A stretch of 63,117 nucleotides of DNA, counting the filler, from Folioceros fuciformis (Eukaryota): assembly GCA_049999805.1 (NCBI GenBank). It is 17 parts of 17 records of this genome, joined end to end, with 100 filler letters (N's around TTAATTAATTAA, not from the genome) between each part and the next. Parts side by side here need not be neighbours in the genome. Positions count along the whole stretch, not along the records: positions 41,992 to 48,059 come from JBNGIO010006842.1; positions 48,160 to 50,603 come from JBNGIO010006843.1; positions 50,704 to 51,839 come from JBNGIO010006844.1; positions 51,940 to 54,484 come from JBNGIO010006845.1; positions 54,585 to 56,029 come from JBNGIO010006846.1; 12 more parts are not named here. One strand, given 5' to 3'. Of this stretch, positions 42,671 to 56,029 are shown in pieces. A model generated the notes under the pieces. It searched no databases, had not been told where the DNA came from, and saw only the letters and a program-made list of their open reading frames with translations. The stretch's first letter is position 1, and each line of letters begins with the position of its first letter. Both the position numbers and the translations under genes were made by a program.

Positions 42671-43447
42671 TCAGCATGGTAACAAGCTCTTTGTGGGAGG
42701 ACGCTCAATCTCCTCGTCAAGGTCATGTTCACGTTTCCTCTTGCTCTTGCAACGGCAAGGCGTGGAAAGTAGTGCCACAGCGCCTGACATACCCCCGCCT
42801 TCGCTGTCGGCCGTATCCTCGTCGGCGAACAAGGAAGCAATGGGTGGCAACGGAACCTCCGGCACAGCGAAAGCCTCGAGCATGAGCCACAGGCGCCGCA
42901 CTGGACCATTCTTACCTTCCTCTGAGAAGAAGTCACTCCCCTGGATGCTGCTGTTTCCGCGTAGCAGCTCTCGCATCAGGCGCTTCAATTGGTATAAATT
43001 AGGCAGCAGACTGTAAGTGCCTTCTACGGTGAAGGACCTAAGCAGCGAGGCGAATTTCAGCGCCGTCCTGTGTCGGTCCTTGGCCCTTGCAGCGGCGAAC
43101 CTCACGAATTGAGCCATGCAAACCTGGCATCCTCGACATTTTTTTTGAGCCATGCAAACCTGGCATCCTCGACATTTTTTCGCGAAGGTTCCAAGCTTGT
43201 CGGCCTCATGCCAGATGCGGGTATACTCCTCGTTCCACTTCCAGGCCATCTCACTCGCGAGCTCCAACACAACCAGCACCTCGCACAGGAGGTGCTTCAG
43301 TGCTCGCCACGAGAACGACGCTCCGGACTCTGAGGTACCGTTGCTGCTACTGCTGCCGTCGATGTATGACATGGTCGCCAAGCCCTCCCAACTACTGGAC
43401 TCTGTTCCCTGTCCGACAATGCGAAATCCAGAACCAAGAACGCTCAT
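42671..43447 (-). CDS. Unassigned intronless ORF (about 258 aa) with a duplicated KKCRGCQVCMAQ motif
   Basis: Long open frame with acidic tract and basic KRKR near the C-terminus; in-frame 36-nt tandem duplication at about 43110-43181. No family recognised. Confidence 0.4.
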   Translation of the reverse strand: MSVLGSGFRIVGQGTESSSWEGLATMSYIDGSSSSNGTSESGASFSWRALKHLLCEVLVVLELASEMAWKWNEEYTRIWHEADKLGTFAKKCRGCQVCMAQKKCRGCQVCMAQFVRFAAARAKDRHRTALKFASLLRSFTVEGTYSLLPNLYQLKRLMRELLRGNSSIQGSDFFSEEGKNGPVRRLWLMLEAFAVPEVPLPPIASLFADEDTADSEGGGMSGAVALLSTPCRCKSKRKREHDLDEEIERPPTKSLLPC

Positions 43448-44096
43448 TGCGCTCCAAGAACGAAGAGAACACACTGAGAAGAGAAGACGATGGGAAGCAG
43501 TAAGGAAGAGAAGACAGAGAGGCATGCAGGAAGGAAGAGAAGGCAGTGGAAGTAAAGAGTGAAGAGAACATGCCGAAATTCAGCGATGGAGAGAAGGCGG
43601 TAAAGTTTAGGGAAGGAGAGAAGACGCTGCCATTTAACCATGGACAGTTTTTGTCAGGAGCGGAGGCACCGAGATTCAGCAATAAAGAGAAGCCACGGAG
43701 ATCCAGGGGTGAAAAGAACACGTTGAGCTTTGACAATGAACACCTTTGTTACAGCAGTAGGCGGAGGGGGAAATGAACCAGGTCCCAAATGGCAGACGGT
43801 GGTCCCGCCACCAGTTCACACGGACAAGAGCGTAGATGAGCAAAAATGAAAATGGACGAGCCTGGATAAGCAGAAACGAAAATGGTAGATGACTGCGGCG
43901 CGCCCCGAGGCTTCTGAGGTCCATGTAGCGGCACCTGCACCTACGGAAGCAAACGAAGATTCTCGGAAATGCTCTTACCGGCTCGGGGCTGTGGCCAGAG
44001 TTAGCTTGAGCCTTTCCGACACTCGTCCCACAACAGCGTTTACACAATCCCATCCGTTTGGAGGAATTGCGATTCCGGTCGTGGGCGGCCTGATGG

Positions 44097-47000
44097 ATGC
44101 ATGCAGCCGCTGCGACGAAGCGAAGGGCCTTGCGGCCCGTATGCGCCTGTAGCCGAGGATCCGCCTCTTGCGTGGTTTCCCGAATGGCTTGCTCCACGGT
44201 CCGCTTCGTTGTGTCCCCGGCGGCCCCCCGGGTTCGAGTAGGGCATGGCGGGAGCACGCCCGGGCCACCGCGGGCCAGGACCGGTCTGGGAAGGGCAGTT
44301 GTGGCTGCGTCCATGGACGGGGATGGAGGTGGGGAGACTTCGGAATTCAGGGTGGGAAGGAGGGTCTTGTTCGGAGCTGTGGTGTCCGGAGTGGCGCTCT
44401 CCACCGTCGTGTCCAAGGTTTTGGCCAGCGGGGATGCGGTCTTGCCTCCTGTGCCCGGGCCCTTGAAGAATCTGCTGCCGTCGTTGCAGGAGCTGGGGAA
44501 TGCGGGTCCTGCGGGGGACAGGCAGTCTAGGGTGTACGATGCCACTGTCCTCGGGGAGCCTGCCACGGTCGGGGGTGACAAGTCGAGGGTGTGGGATAAG
44601 CTGCTTGCTGCGCGAATTATCTATCTCGGAGAGGCGGAGCTGGTTCCGGACCCTGAAGACAAGGTGTGTGGCGGAGGAATTTGGTTCCAGCTGGTGTGAT
44701 GCCTGTTCTGTGCTTGACGGGCCGTCTGTGCTGACGTCAAGGGCCAACTTTTTTGGAAGAGGTTGGCAGCTGCTGGAAATGGAGATTGTCAAGACTTTGC
44801 GGGAAAGGTGTGTCGATCAGCAGAGATCTGTGTCCGTGGCCCTCGAGGTCTTCCCACGGCCTTTGCAACCTCAGCTGAATCAGTTCATGAACAAAGAGTA
44901 TGACCTCGACCTACCCAGTGGTGGTTCCGAGAGATTGTGTGCAGGCCATTGTGAGTGATTGTGTTTATGTGAGGGTGGCTCTGCTTTGGGAAGTCTGCTT
45001 CGTTGACAAGCAAACTAAGGAGGTGGACATGCTGTGTCGTCGTGTAGGTTGTCGAGCGAGGAGTTGAGGAGCTCTCTGTCCCAGCTGCCTGATGAGCAAT
45101 GGCAACAAATTCTGCCACTGCTAGAGTACTGCAGAGACAACGGTGTTCGGATACTGGCATGTGGTACGCCAGCGGACGTGAGGCTCTAGTTCCTACTCCT
45201 GCACTCCATGCTTCAAGTTGTCTGCGTGTTGTGCTGGCTCACCGGCGACTTGCTGCCTGCAGGTGCTACGGAAAATCCAAGCAAATGGAGTGCAAGCATT
45301 GACTGGAGCAGATCAGAAGTTGTATGTCCCAGTTGGTGGGACTCGTCACGGAGCACTTTCCTTACCTTTCCCGGTGGTCAACGAGTTATTCCAGAGGGGT
45401 CCATATCAGTTTGCTCAGGCGCGCATAGTGTCTGAAAACACAATGGCACAGGTCGTATCGGATTATTTGGCGGAGGGGGATGCCACTGGGTTGCTAGTTC
45501 TGATTACTGGGGCATCTCATGTGGAGTATGGAGTAAAAGGCTCTGGTGTGCCAGCCAGAGTTCCAAAGAGACTGCAGAGGAAGAACCAAGTTGTGGTGTT
45601 GCTAAATCCTGAGCGGCAGCGGATCCGCCAGGAAGGTGATGTGCCGGAAGCAGATTTCTTGTGGTATTCCTCAGCGAAGGGCTGCTCGAGAAACTGTTTC
45701 AACAGAGCTGAGATTGCTCGAGTTATGGATGCCGCTGGTAGAAGGCGGGATGCACTGCCTAAGGTCAGATACATTGTTGGCGTACTCACGTGTCATCACT
45801 TGTGCTTTCTAGAATACTAGCTAGCTGGCCGGGGTTGTCGTTAAGTTCATCACTTGTAATCGTGGTGATGTGCAATGGATAGCCGAGCTGATTTTTGGCA
45901 CCTTTCCAATACAGGATCTCCAGGCAGGGATTGATCAGGGATTGGTCTCCCCAGAATTGTTAAAGATTTTCTTTGACCTTGACAGGCAGCCTATGATTGC
46001 AGACCTTACACAACGGTTTCAGGTAAGCTGCTGGATGGAAGAGTTTCGACCTTTTGGTGTGCAGTGTTTGGTTCCTGCAGGTCTGACTGAAGTCTCGTCT
46101 ACATCTGTTGTGCAGGGATTGCGGGAAAGATGGTTGGCAGACCCTCGTTTTTTACAACGGCTTGCTCTTGAGGAAAGCATCTCAATAACAACAACTCTTA
46201 TAGCTCAGTATGAGCGACGTGGACCTCGTTTTTGGAAAGAACTGGAGTATGTTATTACTGACACTGTTCGAGGAGCAGTGGTGGATTTCTTCACTGTCTG
46301 GTTACCAGCTCCCACGTTATCATTTCGTTCCTTGGATCCTGAATCCAACGAAGGAGGCTTTGTTGCCCTCGAGGGACTAAAAGGGTTATTGGGATCAGTG
46401 CCTGATAATGCTTTCCAAAGAGCACGGCCTGGAGAGTTCTGGGACCTCAAGGCTAGAGCTCTAGCAGTTGTTGTTGGTGGGCTGAAGCTTTTTGGTGTAG
46501 GGTTTATCTCTAGTCTGGGCACAGTGAGCATCACGAACACGATTTTGGCTGTGCGGCAACGGTTTAATCCAGAGCTAGCCAAGAGACGATCGAACAGGAG
46601 ATCGCCTATTTTCAAGACTGCTCTATTGTATGCTTCGTTTCTTGGGACATCAGCCAATCTCCGTTATCAGGTTTGGTTTCCTGCCAGACTGTTGACAATC
46701 GAAGTGCACAATCGGTTTCTTGGATCCTAGGGATAGTGCCATCTTTAGAATGATGTAGAAGGTAAATTCTACTTTACAAGCGTGGGTTCCTGCGGCTATC
46801 GTCTGTGCAGGCAATTGCTGGATTGGTGGAACACTGGGTGGCTGACTACCTGCTTGCTTCGGAACCTTTAGTGGGAAACATGCTATCTTTTGTTGCTCGC
46901 ACTGCAAATTCATATTGGGGCTCCCAGGTCTGTTGTTATGCCTCCAATGATTTGCTGTGTCGGTGCATGAAAGAAAAGGCGATGAGATTCAATTCGCCAT

Positions 47001-47316
47001 GCATTGTCCCAATGGTTTGACGTACCGTTTCTTAACTGGTGTGTTGCAGCAATGGGTGGATCTCGCAAGATTTACTGGCCTACAAGCTCACAACGATGAG
47101 GCTCCTCCGCAGTCAGAGAGTTCAGGTTTGCGGAACTTGGAACAGCTACGCCCTGATGTCCTTGGTAGACCAGACGTGATTGATACGGCAGTGCCTCTTA
47201 AAACACTTATCAGCATTAGTCCAGATGTTCCTGATAGCACAGCCCCTCTGCAGTCACTTCTCAGCATTCCTAAAGAGACACCCCAAGAGGAAAGCCACGG
47301 AATGACAACCAAGTAA
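44097..47316 (+). CDS. RETICULATA-RELATED 5/6-like plastid protein (ChaN/PhuW-like DUF399 + DUF3411)
   Basis: [120 protein letters not shown]. Confidence 0.92.
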
Positions 47317-49274
47317 GTTGTATATTGATGTAACAATGCTCTTACTCTTCTCACAGTTATTATCGTATGCATTCGCACTAAGTGCTGAGGATCAAAACCC
47401 GTGGTAGGGGGCGAGCAGAAGTCTGTTTATTTAACATATGCTCAGAGACTGCCGTTCGTAGCACCAGGTTGTCCTTGTGTCGGATCTGAAGGTCAAGCAG
47501 AGGCAGAGTGGCCATGGACGGGGGCCCGACGTGTGCGTCCATGAATCTTGCTCTCCGCACGTCGTGTCGCACAGGGTGTCTGCATTAGCAATCCCCGCAA
47601 ACCAGATACTTCCTCGCCTGCAAAGGTTTTCAACAGCATGCAGACAGGATGTGGCTGAAATCTCTTCACAATTGGATCCTTGGATCCCAGGAATAGTGCA
47701 CATGTTTAGAACAGTGGCGATTGTGAAATCTGCTGGCAAGTTTTGATTCTTGCAGCTACTGAAGGGCATGCAGACAGGGTAGCTGAAGTCACTTTCTGCA
47801 CCTGGATTGTATTATTTTTGGGATAACCAGCGGTGTTGGGTAGAATAGTGAGCTCCACAAGGACATGAGACACCTGGGAGGCTTTCAACAATCACGTGCT
47901 GCTGTTGTCCTCTCGTTATCTTTGGGATTCTCGTACAACATCCATGGATACCTACTCGTAGCTTGTAGATATCAATGGAGCTCTACGGAAGGGACACCCA
48001 ATCCGTGAGCCAGGCCTTCGGGGATGATGACATAGGTGTATACGTGAATGCAGATGAACNNNNNNNNNNNNNNNNNNNNNNNNNNNNNNNNNNNNNNNNN
48101 NNNTTAATTAATTAANNNNNNNNNNNNNNNNNNNNNNNNNNNNNNNNNNNNNNNNNNNNGCTTTGTTCTGCTCAACTGCAGTAGTGAATTTTGTGCCGTG
48201 TCGCGAGCTGGCTGCCGTCTGTTTGCCGGAAGAGAAATTGTGTGTTTTCTTGCTCGAGCTGGTTGAATTTGCACCTGCTGCTGGATCGATCGCTGGGCTC
48301 CGGAGACTGGGCTTGCGCTGAAGGACTCGTGTGATTGCAGAGCGGGGAGTGCATCGGCATGCCGTACAAGTCGAGCTTGTTTTCACCCAAGCGGCAGCTC
48401 ACTTGTCTCAACTTAACGGTGGGAATTGCCGTCAAGCAAGCCGTGGTTGTGGTTTTGTTGTGGTTGTGATGGTGAGTGAGTGTTTCGATATGTGCTCCAA
48501 GTGCGGTGGCGTAGGACAGTAATTCATCTCTTGTTTTTGCTGGTTTGGAGTCCCGGATGTGCACTGTGTGCTTTGCTGTGTCCTGAGAAACCAAGGCTTG
48601 CGGCCAAGGGAGGGACTTAACTCGGGAAAAGAGGCATATGTTGTCTTGGTCGGGACTTGGTCTCGGGCAGTTACTCCACTGAACGTGGACGGTTTTGCGA
48701 AATTGGTGATGCTGCTGTTGCCGTTGCTGGTGATCTTGCTGCCGGATCTCGCGTGCTGGACTGGTTCGTGGCGTCCGTGTTGTTGGTAATTTGGACGCGT
48801 GAGAAAGTTTGTGCGATTGGTGTCGAGGCCTAGGAGCGGAATCGGAAGTGACGGGACCTGAGCACGTGAACTCCCCCGTGCCATGTTGATGCCAGCCGGC
48901 AGCGAGCGGTGCTAAGGCTGGTGAGCGGGTCGTTCTGCTAGCGATGTGAAGCTTCTACAGAGTTTCTCGTTCGTCCGCCAGCAGTGCGGAGCGCATGTAG
49001 TGTGGCGTCTCTCGATTGCGGGGGTGCGGTAGGTTGTACGACGTGATGTCGCAGTCGGGACAGGGTTTGTTGCGTTCTTGGAAGGTGATGCCTGGCCCTC
49101 AGTGATGGCGAAGGGTGGCTTGTAAGGATGTGACGTTGGATTGTGGCAGTGGTACCACTTCACCAGCAGCTGGGCTAGTGTGTGCTTCTGCTTAGTTTTA
49201 TGCTCGTTTGGCGTTTGCAGGCAGGCAAGCTGGCTTTGTGGGGTAGCCGCAGTTACCGGAAGGAAGTCTTCCAC

Positions 49275-50594
49275 ATGGGAGGCGACGCCAGCTACAATTC
49301 TGGCAACTCTTTGGAGGATGACCTCATCGTTGACGACTATGAGCACTTCGGGCCCGTAGGCGGCGCCAGGCCTCCTGCGGGTCCTCCTCAGCCTGCTTGG
49401 GAGATCGACCCGGACGACCTCAAAATGATGCACCGCATCGGTCGTGGAGGGTTTGGCGATGTGTGGCTCTGTACGCTTCACAACTCCACTATTGAATTTG
49501 ACGAGTTCCATGAAGTGGCAGTCAAGGTGCTACCTTCCATGTCCCAAGATCAGACAAGTACTTTGCAGAGAAAGTTTGAGGCTTTGTTTAAGGTGTGCCA
49601 GGGTCTGAAGGACGTGAGTTGGCCACGAGGTATTTCGACAGTGAATGGTAAGGTAGGTCCTCAATTCGACATCCGTCTAACCTTGTCTGGTTGTCGAAGA
49701 TTCTGTTGGCAGGGATCATCGTCCGTTGGATCTCGATGCTGACCGTGTGTTCTAACGTATGCCCAGACTTGCTTAGTGCTGAAGTTTTACGAGGGGTCAC
49801 TAGGAGACAAGATGGCTCGGCATCCTGAAAACCGAATTCCTGTGCCTGAAGTTTTGAGGTAACTGCGAGTGCAGCTGCTTTGAACTGAGTATGGACTGAT
49901 AAATCTCACAAGGCAGGGCAGAGATGACACATTTTGCATGGACCTTGTGAACCACATTCATGGAGATCAGAGTGTCCCGAAATTCAGTGTCGATTCTTTA
50001 TGCATAGCCATCCTTCGTAAAGGGGGTTCTACTACTCTTAATGCAATAGAGACGATTGTTCAGACATTGAGCGTTGCAAATCGTTACGAGCTGCGCTCAC
50101 TCATTGCATCATTTCTGCAGGTATGGTGCTGATATTGCCCGCGGGATGATCGAACTTCATTCTCGTGGAGTGCTAGCACTTAATCTGAAGCCATGCAACT
50201 TTCTGATTGATGATCAAGGATCTGCAGTCGTCGGGGAATTTGGAACCCCTTTACTTTTTCCAGGATGCTCGGTACCATCCGCGGAAACAACTGTGTGGTT
50301 GGGAACACCAAATTACATGGCACCCGAGCAGTGGGGTGCTGTTGTTAGAGGCCCCATCTCGTTCGAGACAGATTCGTGGGGTTTTGCGAGTAGCATGGTC
50401 GAGATGATAACAGGGTACAGGCCTTGGGATAAACTCTCAGTTGAAGAGATCTTCAATGCAGTTGTTGTTAGGCATGAAAGACCCTCCATCCCAAGTGGAC
50501 TGCCAGTTGCAGTTGAGAAGATATTGAGGGCATGCTTTGAGTACGACTACCGACTTCGACCAACCTTCGACGTGATACACCGCGCCTTTTCATG
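49275..50594 (+). CDS. KEG-related Ser/Thr kinase-like protein (3'-partial)
   Basis: HRIGRGGFGDVW..HEVAVKVL, RYGADIARGMIELHSRGVLALNLKPCNFL..GEFG, LGTPNYMAPEQW..RGPISFETDSWGF. Resembles the At4g32250-type family (from memory). Confidence 0.88.
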
Positions 50595-51724
50595 GTATTG
50601 CCCNNNNNNNNNNNNNNNNNNNNNNNNNNNNNNNNNNNNNNNNNNNNTTAATTAATTAANNNNNNNNNNNNNNNNNNNNNNNNNNNNNNNNNNNNNNNNN
50701 NNNAGGTTAGCTAGGGTCGTCTTAGCTAGGGTCGTCTTGCTCTCTTGCTCTTTAGCTAGGGTCGTCAGGGTCCGTTTTTAGCTATGGGTGGGTCGTCTAT
50801 GGATCTTTAGCCCTACTACATATGGATGGCTATGGATCTGGGCTTGGTGAGAAGAAGAAGAGATACAAAGATGAAGATAGTAAGGATTTGATGCAGAAAT
50901 TGATTTGATTGTGTGTTTAGGTGATGAAGATGCAGGAGGTGGACATTGAGCACAGAAGCCAAGGCAAAGGAGTGGGAAAGGGAGAGGCCATATGGTGTGC
51001 GTGTGTTCGTGTTCGGTGTTGGTGGGCAGTGGGCAGTGGGCAGCCCACTCCACTGACAGTGGAGCGTGCGGAGTGTTTCCCGGCGGGAGCACTGTGATGG
51101 AGCGCACTCTGTTAAAAATAGACGGCATTCAAAAATTTGAAAAGTTTCACCTCGAGGCGACACAGGATGTCCTGAAGTCGAAGCTCACAATGGCGCCCAA
51201 AGTAACGGAACGTGAATGCTAACTGGGCCCGGGCTCGAGGTCGGGCCCGGGCCGGGCCCGGGACTTCCCCCCTCTCCCTCCTTCCCTCTCCTTCCGCCAA
51301 GCTTTCTCTCTCCTCTTTGGCCACGGACTCCCAAAATCTGCTGCCTTCATACTTTTCTCTTTCCCTCCATCGCCAGCAGCAGCCAGCACACGCAGCAGCA
51401 GGTGGAGCAGAGAGCAGAGAGGGGGCAGACAGGGCAGTCCCACTCCAGCGCGCTGCGTCCTGCTGCCACACCCCACACCCACGCTGCCCTCGGGGCCTCG
51501 CCATCGCCTAACGCTCCGCCCGCTCCATCCGGTCGGGAAGCAGGAAGGCCGCCTCTCCCCGCTCCCAGGGCGGGAGCGGACGGGACGGGACAGGACGGGA
51601 CAGGACGGGGCGGGCTCTCTAGAGTGCATGCGCTGAGGGCGGGATTCGGGGGCAGGCATTGTCAAGACTCGGCCCTGGGACGGCCGCGAGCTCGCTGTTG
51701 TGGCTTTTGTTGGGTTGCTGAGGA

Positions 51725-51839
51725 GCTGAGCTGGAGTCGGAAGTCGGAGTTGGAGTCGGAGCTGGAGTCGGAGCTGGAGCTGGAGTGGAGTTGAGCTGGA
51801 GCGAGAGCGGAAGCGGGAGGTGGAGTGGAGGAGGAGTGG
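51725..51839. repeat. Degenerate hexamer repeat (GGAGYY)n at a contig end
   Basis: Runs of ggagtc/ggagct/ggagtg units. Confidence 0.75.
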
Positions 51840-54584
51840 NNNNNNNNNNNNNNNNNNNNNNNNNNNNNNNNNNNNNNNNNNNNTTAATTAATTAANNNNN
51901 NNNNNNNNNNNNNNNNNNNNNNNNNNNNNNNNNNNNNNNGGTTGGGGAAGACGAACCGCCGCCGTGGAGAGAGGAACCGATAGTGAAGCCCCATTGGGGT
52001 AGTGGAATCGAAGCGTCATGGTGAATGAAAACCCTAAGTAGGGACCCAAGGGTCCTGGGGTATTTTTGAAAGTGGAGCGCAACCATGGCAAAAGCAGCGT
52101 CAGGGAGCGGAAGTGTCGGACAGGACACAAAGTGGAGGCAAGCGAATAGGGCGCAGGCAGAGCCTAAGAGGGGCGACTGTTGAGGCGGATCAGGAGAGAC
52201 ACGAGTGCGCCAGTACCAGGAGGGGCGGTTACGCCAGATCGATGGTGGAGCGGGGCTTGATGGAGGGAGCGACCCCGGACTTGGCACTGGCGGAGGAGTC
52301 TAGGGAGGCAGCGCTGGAGCTGCTACTTAAGGTGGAGGTAGCTTTCTGGCCAAATATGGACCATTGGAAGGCAAGAGCCAGAGGGCTGGTAGAGGAGCTA
52401 GGCCTCGGGTTCATGGGCCAGAGATGGAACCACGTGACCACTGCTCTAGTGCAGGAGTGTGCGCACCGGTTGACGAATAGGACAAAAGGGGAAGGGACAT
52501 GGAAGGTGTACGAGTGTATGTTGTGGTGAGTATAGGTGGTGATGATGATAACACATATCGCTTGTGGCCTTGTTTGTGTAGACACTGTAGATCGCCTACG
52601 ACAACGTGTATGTGCAAGGCTTGGAGGGTATGGACCACCTCCCTGATATGTACCGCCTGCACCTGGCTTTGACAACATTGTGTAAGGAGTGCAAGAGCAG
52701 ACTGGAGGCCTTGGAGGCCTACCTATAGCCTTGGATGGAGGAGGAGGCCACTCCATGGGCATGGAGATGGGCATGGAGATGACCATGGAGGGGCATTTGT
52801 CTCATTTGCTCTCTGTACAAGTGAGGTGTCTACTTAGTGGGTAAGGGGCATGGACAGTTTTGGGTGAAATGCTTTGTACATTTGGCTTGCCCTCATGGGC
52901 TGTGGAATGAAGATGGGGATTTCATTCCCCCGTAGCCTATGCCTTTGCCTTTTGTGCTGTAGGAGAGATCCGCTTGGGGCCACTTGTGTGGTGATACATG
53001 GGAATGAACGAAGGGGCATCTCCTTAAGCTACACCCCTCCCTCAAACCCTCAACACGGTGTGCTGTGGAGATGCACAAAAACATCCCCTTTAGCTGTGCA
53101 CATAGCATTGTAAATGGCTGTGAGAGAAACAAGAAAGTGAGCAGTGAGGCACATCTTTGTGCCATCTTCCTCGGCCTTTCAGCTGTGCACATAGCACTGT
53201 AAACGATCGGTACTGTACATGGGCAGGTGTAAACCCTAAAAAGACTATATGAGAGAGGGACACAGACGTGTCAAAAACAAAAACATCGAATAGCTGCTCA
53301 AAAGTTAGGAAAACCCTTATCTCTATCGGGACGCCCAAATGGCTGCCGACTACGGATGTGGGCAGGTTTGTGACGTCCAGACATTTCGATCTTATACGGA
53401 GGGGCAAAACATTCCATAAAACACCCCTTGACCTTATCGGTATTCCATACTCATGCCATAATCCGGGTGAATGAAGCTTTTTCCTCTTGCCCCTCCACTT
53501 GCCCTTTTTTCTTTGTGTGCTACATGTACAACGAAGCTTTTCCCACTTGATCGCGAAGCATGGTGTCGGAGGACATCCTCCCCCCATGTGGGCCGGTGGG
53601 GTGTTGCGTGTGGCCCTGTAGGAAGCTTCCAGCTGTGGGACCATTAGCTCTCACCATATCGCCAACAGGCTCACTGACACACAAGACATTTTACATAAAC
53701 GGGAGTCGGGAGCTACCACTTGTTATCTGCCTACATGTTCAACAGGGCAGGGAAAGCTTCACCTCTTTTACAGTGCCCGCAGACAGGCTCTTTTTTCACT
53801 CCAATCCAGGGCATTCCCGGGATGTGCATGCATTGCTCTGTCTGTTCTTTCCATAATGGAATGGCAGCCTTGTTGGAATCTGTGGCCGTGGCCACCGCCT
53901 ACGCCTACCCTGACACCACTGGCATGGCGCCTGATTCATTCGAAGTGTGAGTGAGAGAGAACGGGAGATCCTTTTGTGGTCGCTCCAGTACCGGAGGAGT
54001 CCGCATCCTGCCGTTTCCTGCTGTAACGAGAAGCCATGGGGACGTGCTGCTGTGGCCCAATGGCAGCAGCGAAACAAATTGTGCAATCTAATCTGGTGGC
54101 AGGGCAGGCTGGGGTGAAACTGGCCCTCTCCTTTGATTCCTTTCCACTCATCAACAGCCTATCATAGTGGGAATTGGAAGCCATGTGAGAGCCCGGTGTC
54201 AGATCAGGTGGTCCGCCAGGGACCAATTGGGGTAGAGGTCGGCTGCGCGTGGCCTGGCGGATCACGTGGCAGAGGCCCACCCTTGCATTTTAATCTGAAT
54301 CGGGCCCCTTCCAGATCTTTGTAGATAGAGAGTTACATACATACACATACTCCTCCTCTCCTCTCCTGCTGTGCAGCTGCCTGCTGTTGCTGCTGCACCC
54401 CCTTCTCTCTCTTCGCTTCCCTCCCCCTCCTGGAGTCCAGAGCCCGGCCCAGCCGCTCCGCCCCGGCTCCGTTCCCATGGAGCCNNNNNNNNNNNNNNNN
54501 NNNNNNNNNNNNNNNNNNNNNNNNNNNNTTAATTAATTAANNNNNNNNNNNNNNNNNNNNNNNNNNNNNNNNNNNNNNNNNNNN

Positions 54585-56029
54585 AGCGGTTGACCTATGA
54601 TAGCTATGTAGCTAGGCACCATGCCTATATGGCAAAGGTTGTACAGGATGTGGAACCAAGAAGCTTTGAAGAAGCTATTGGAGACACAAAGTGGGAACAT
54701 GCTATGGATGAAGAAATGAATGCGTTAAATCAGAATGCAACATGGGACCTAGTACAACTACCTGAAGGCAAGAAACCAATAGGTTGCAAATGGGTGTACA
54801 AGGTCAAACACAACGCAGATGGTAGTATCAACAGGTACAAGGCAAGGCTTGTGGCCAAGGGATATGCCCAGACATATGGAATAGATTTTGAGGAGACGTT
54901 CAGTCCAGTTGCCAAAATGGCAACAATTCGAACCGTGATCGCACTAGCGGCATCAAAAGGTTGGGTCCTACATCATATGGATGTGAAGAATGCGTTTTTA
55001 CATGGAGAATTGCTGGAAGAAGTATACATGGACCAGCCACCAGGTTATGAGGATTTGGATCATCCAAATCATGTGTGCAAGCTGAAAAAAACGTTGTACG
55101 GACTGAAGCAAGCCCCGAGGGCTTGGCATGAGCGTCTTGCTCAGCATCTGATTCACATCGGATTCAACATGGCAGATGCGGATCATTCGTTGTATGTGTG
55201 CAAAAGTACAAAACGACTGGTCTTTGTGACCATTTATGTGGATGATCTAATCATTGGAGGTAATCAGTTGGATCAAGTGGAGCAGATCAAGGAACTTCTA
55301 CAACAAGAGTTCAAGATGGCGGACCTAGGTGAACTGAGGTTCTTTTTGGGCATTGAAATTATACGAACCAACACAGGCATTTGGCTGTCACAGCGGAAGT
55401 ATGCGTCGGATGTACTAACTAAGTATGGTATGGTTGAGTGCAAGCCAATCTCGATTCCTTTGGATCAAAATCTAAAGCTCAGTGCTCATGATGGTGAAGC
55501 ACTTGAAGATCCAACAATGTACAGGAAGATTGTGGGTAGCTTGATATATCTCACTCTATCCCGACCAGATTTGAACTATACAGTGGGATTGCAAAGTCAG
55601 TTTATGCAGGCGCCAAGAAAGCCACATTTAGATGCAGTAAGGCGAACATTGCGCTATGTGAAGGCAACTATGGATCATGCTCTCTTTTATGTTGCAGATT
55701 TAGAAATAAACCTGTGTGGGTACACAGATGCAGATTGGGCAGGCAGTGTTACTGATCGTAGATCTACAAGTGGATTCATTTTTTCACTTGGGAGTGCAGC
55801 AATTACATGGAGTAGCAAGAAGCAGCCTACAGTGGCTTTGTCTAGTACAGAAGCTGAATACAGAGGCGCAGCAATGGCAGCGTGTGAAGTGACTTGGATT
55901 TGTAAGTTACTCGGAGATTTTGGATTGCAGGTCAACGACAAGGTTGTTATCTACTGTGACAATCTTAGCAGCATACAGTTGACGCGAAACCCAGTGTTTC
56001 ATGCCAGGACAAAACACATTGAAATACAT
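54585..56029 (+). mobile_element. Ty1/copia LTR retrotransposon pol fragment (RT + RNase H), uninterrupted ORF
   Basis: PIGCKWVYK, RYKARLVAKG, MDVKNAFLHG, LYGLKQAPRAW, IYVDDLII, YTDADWAG, SSTEAEY, YCDN, HARTKHIEI. Confidence 0.97.

Noticed and set aside
43676-44792. 301-aa and 250-aa minus-strand ORFs
   Set aside because: Antisense shadows of the GC-rich first exon of the RER5/6-like gene.
50704-54484. Hairpin ctccactg-a-cagtggag (about 51048-51064), GGGCCC clusters (51225-51262) and short ORFs in two small contigs
   Set aside because: No Helitron CTRR end, terminal inverted repeat pair or protein family could be established; left unassigned.
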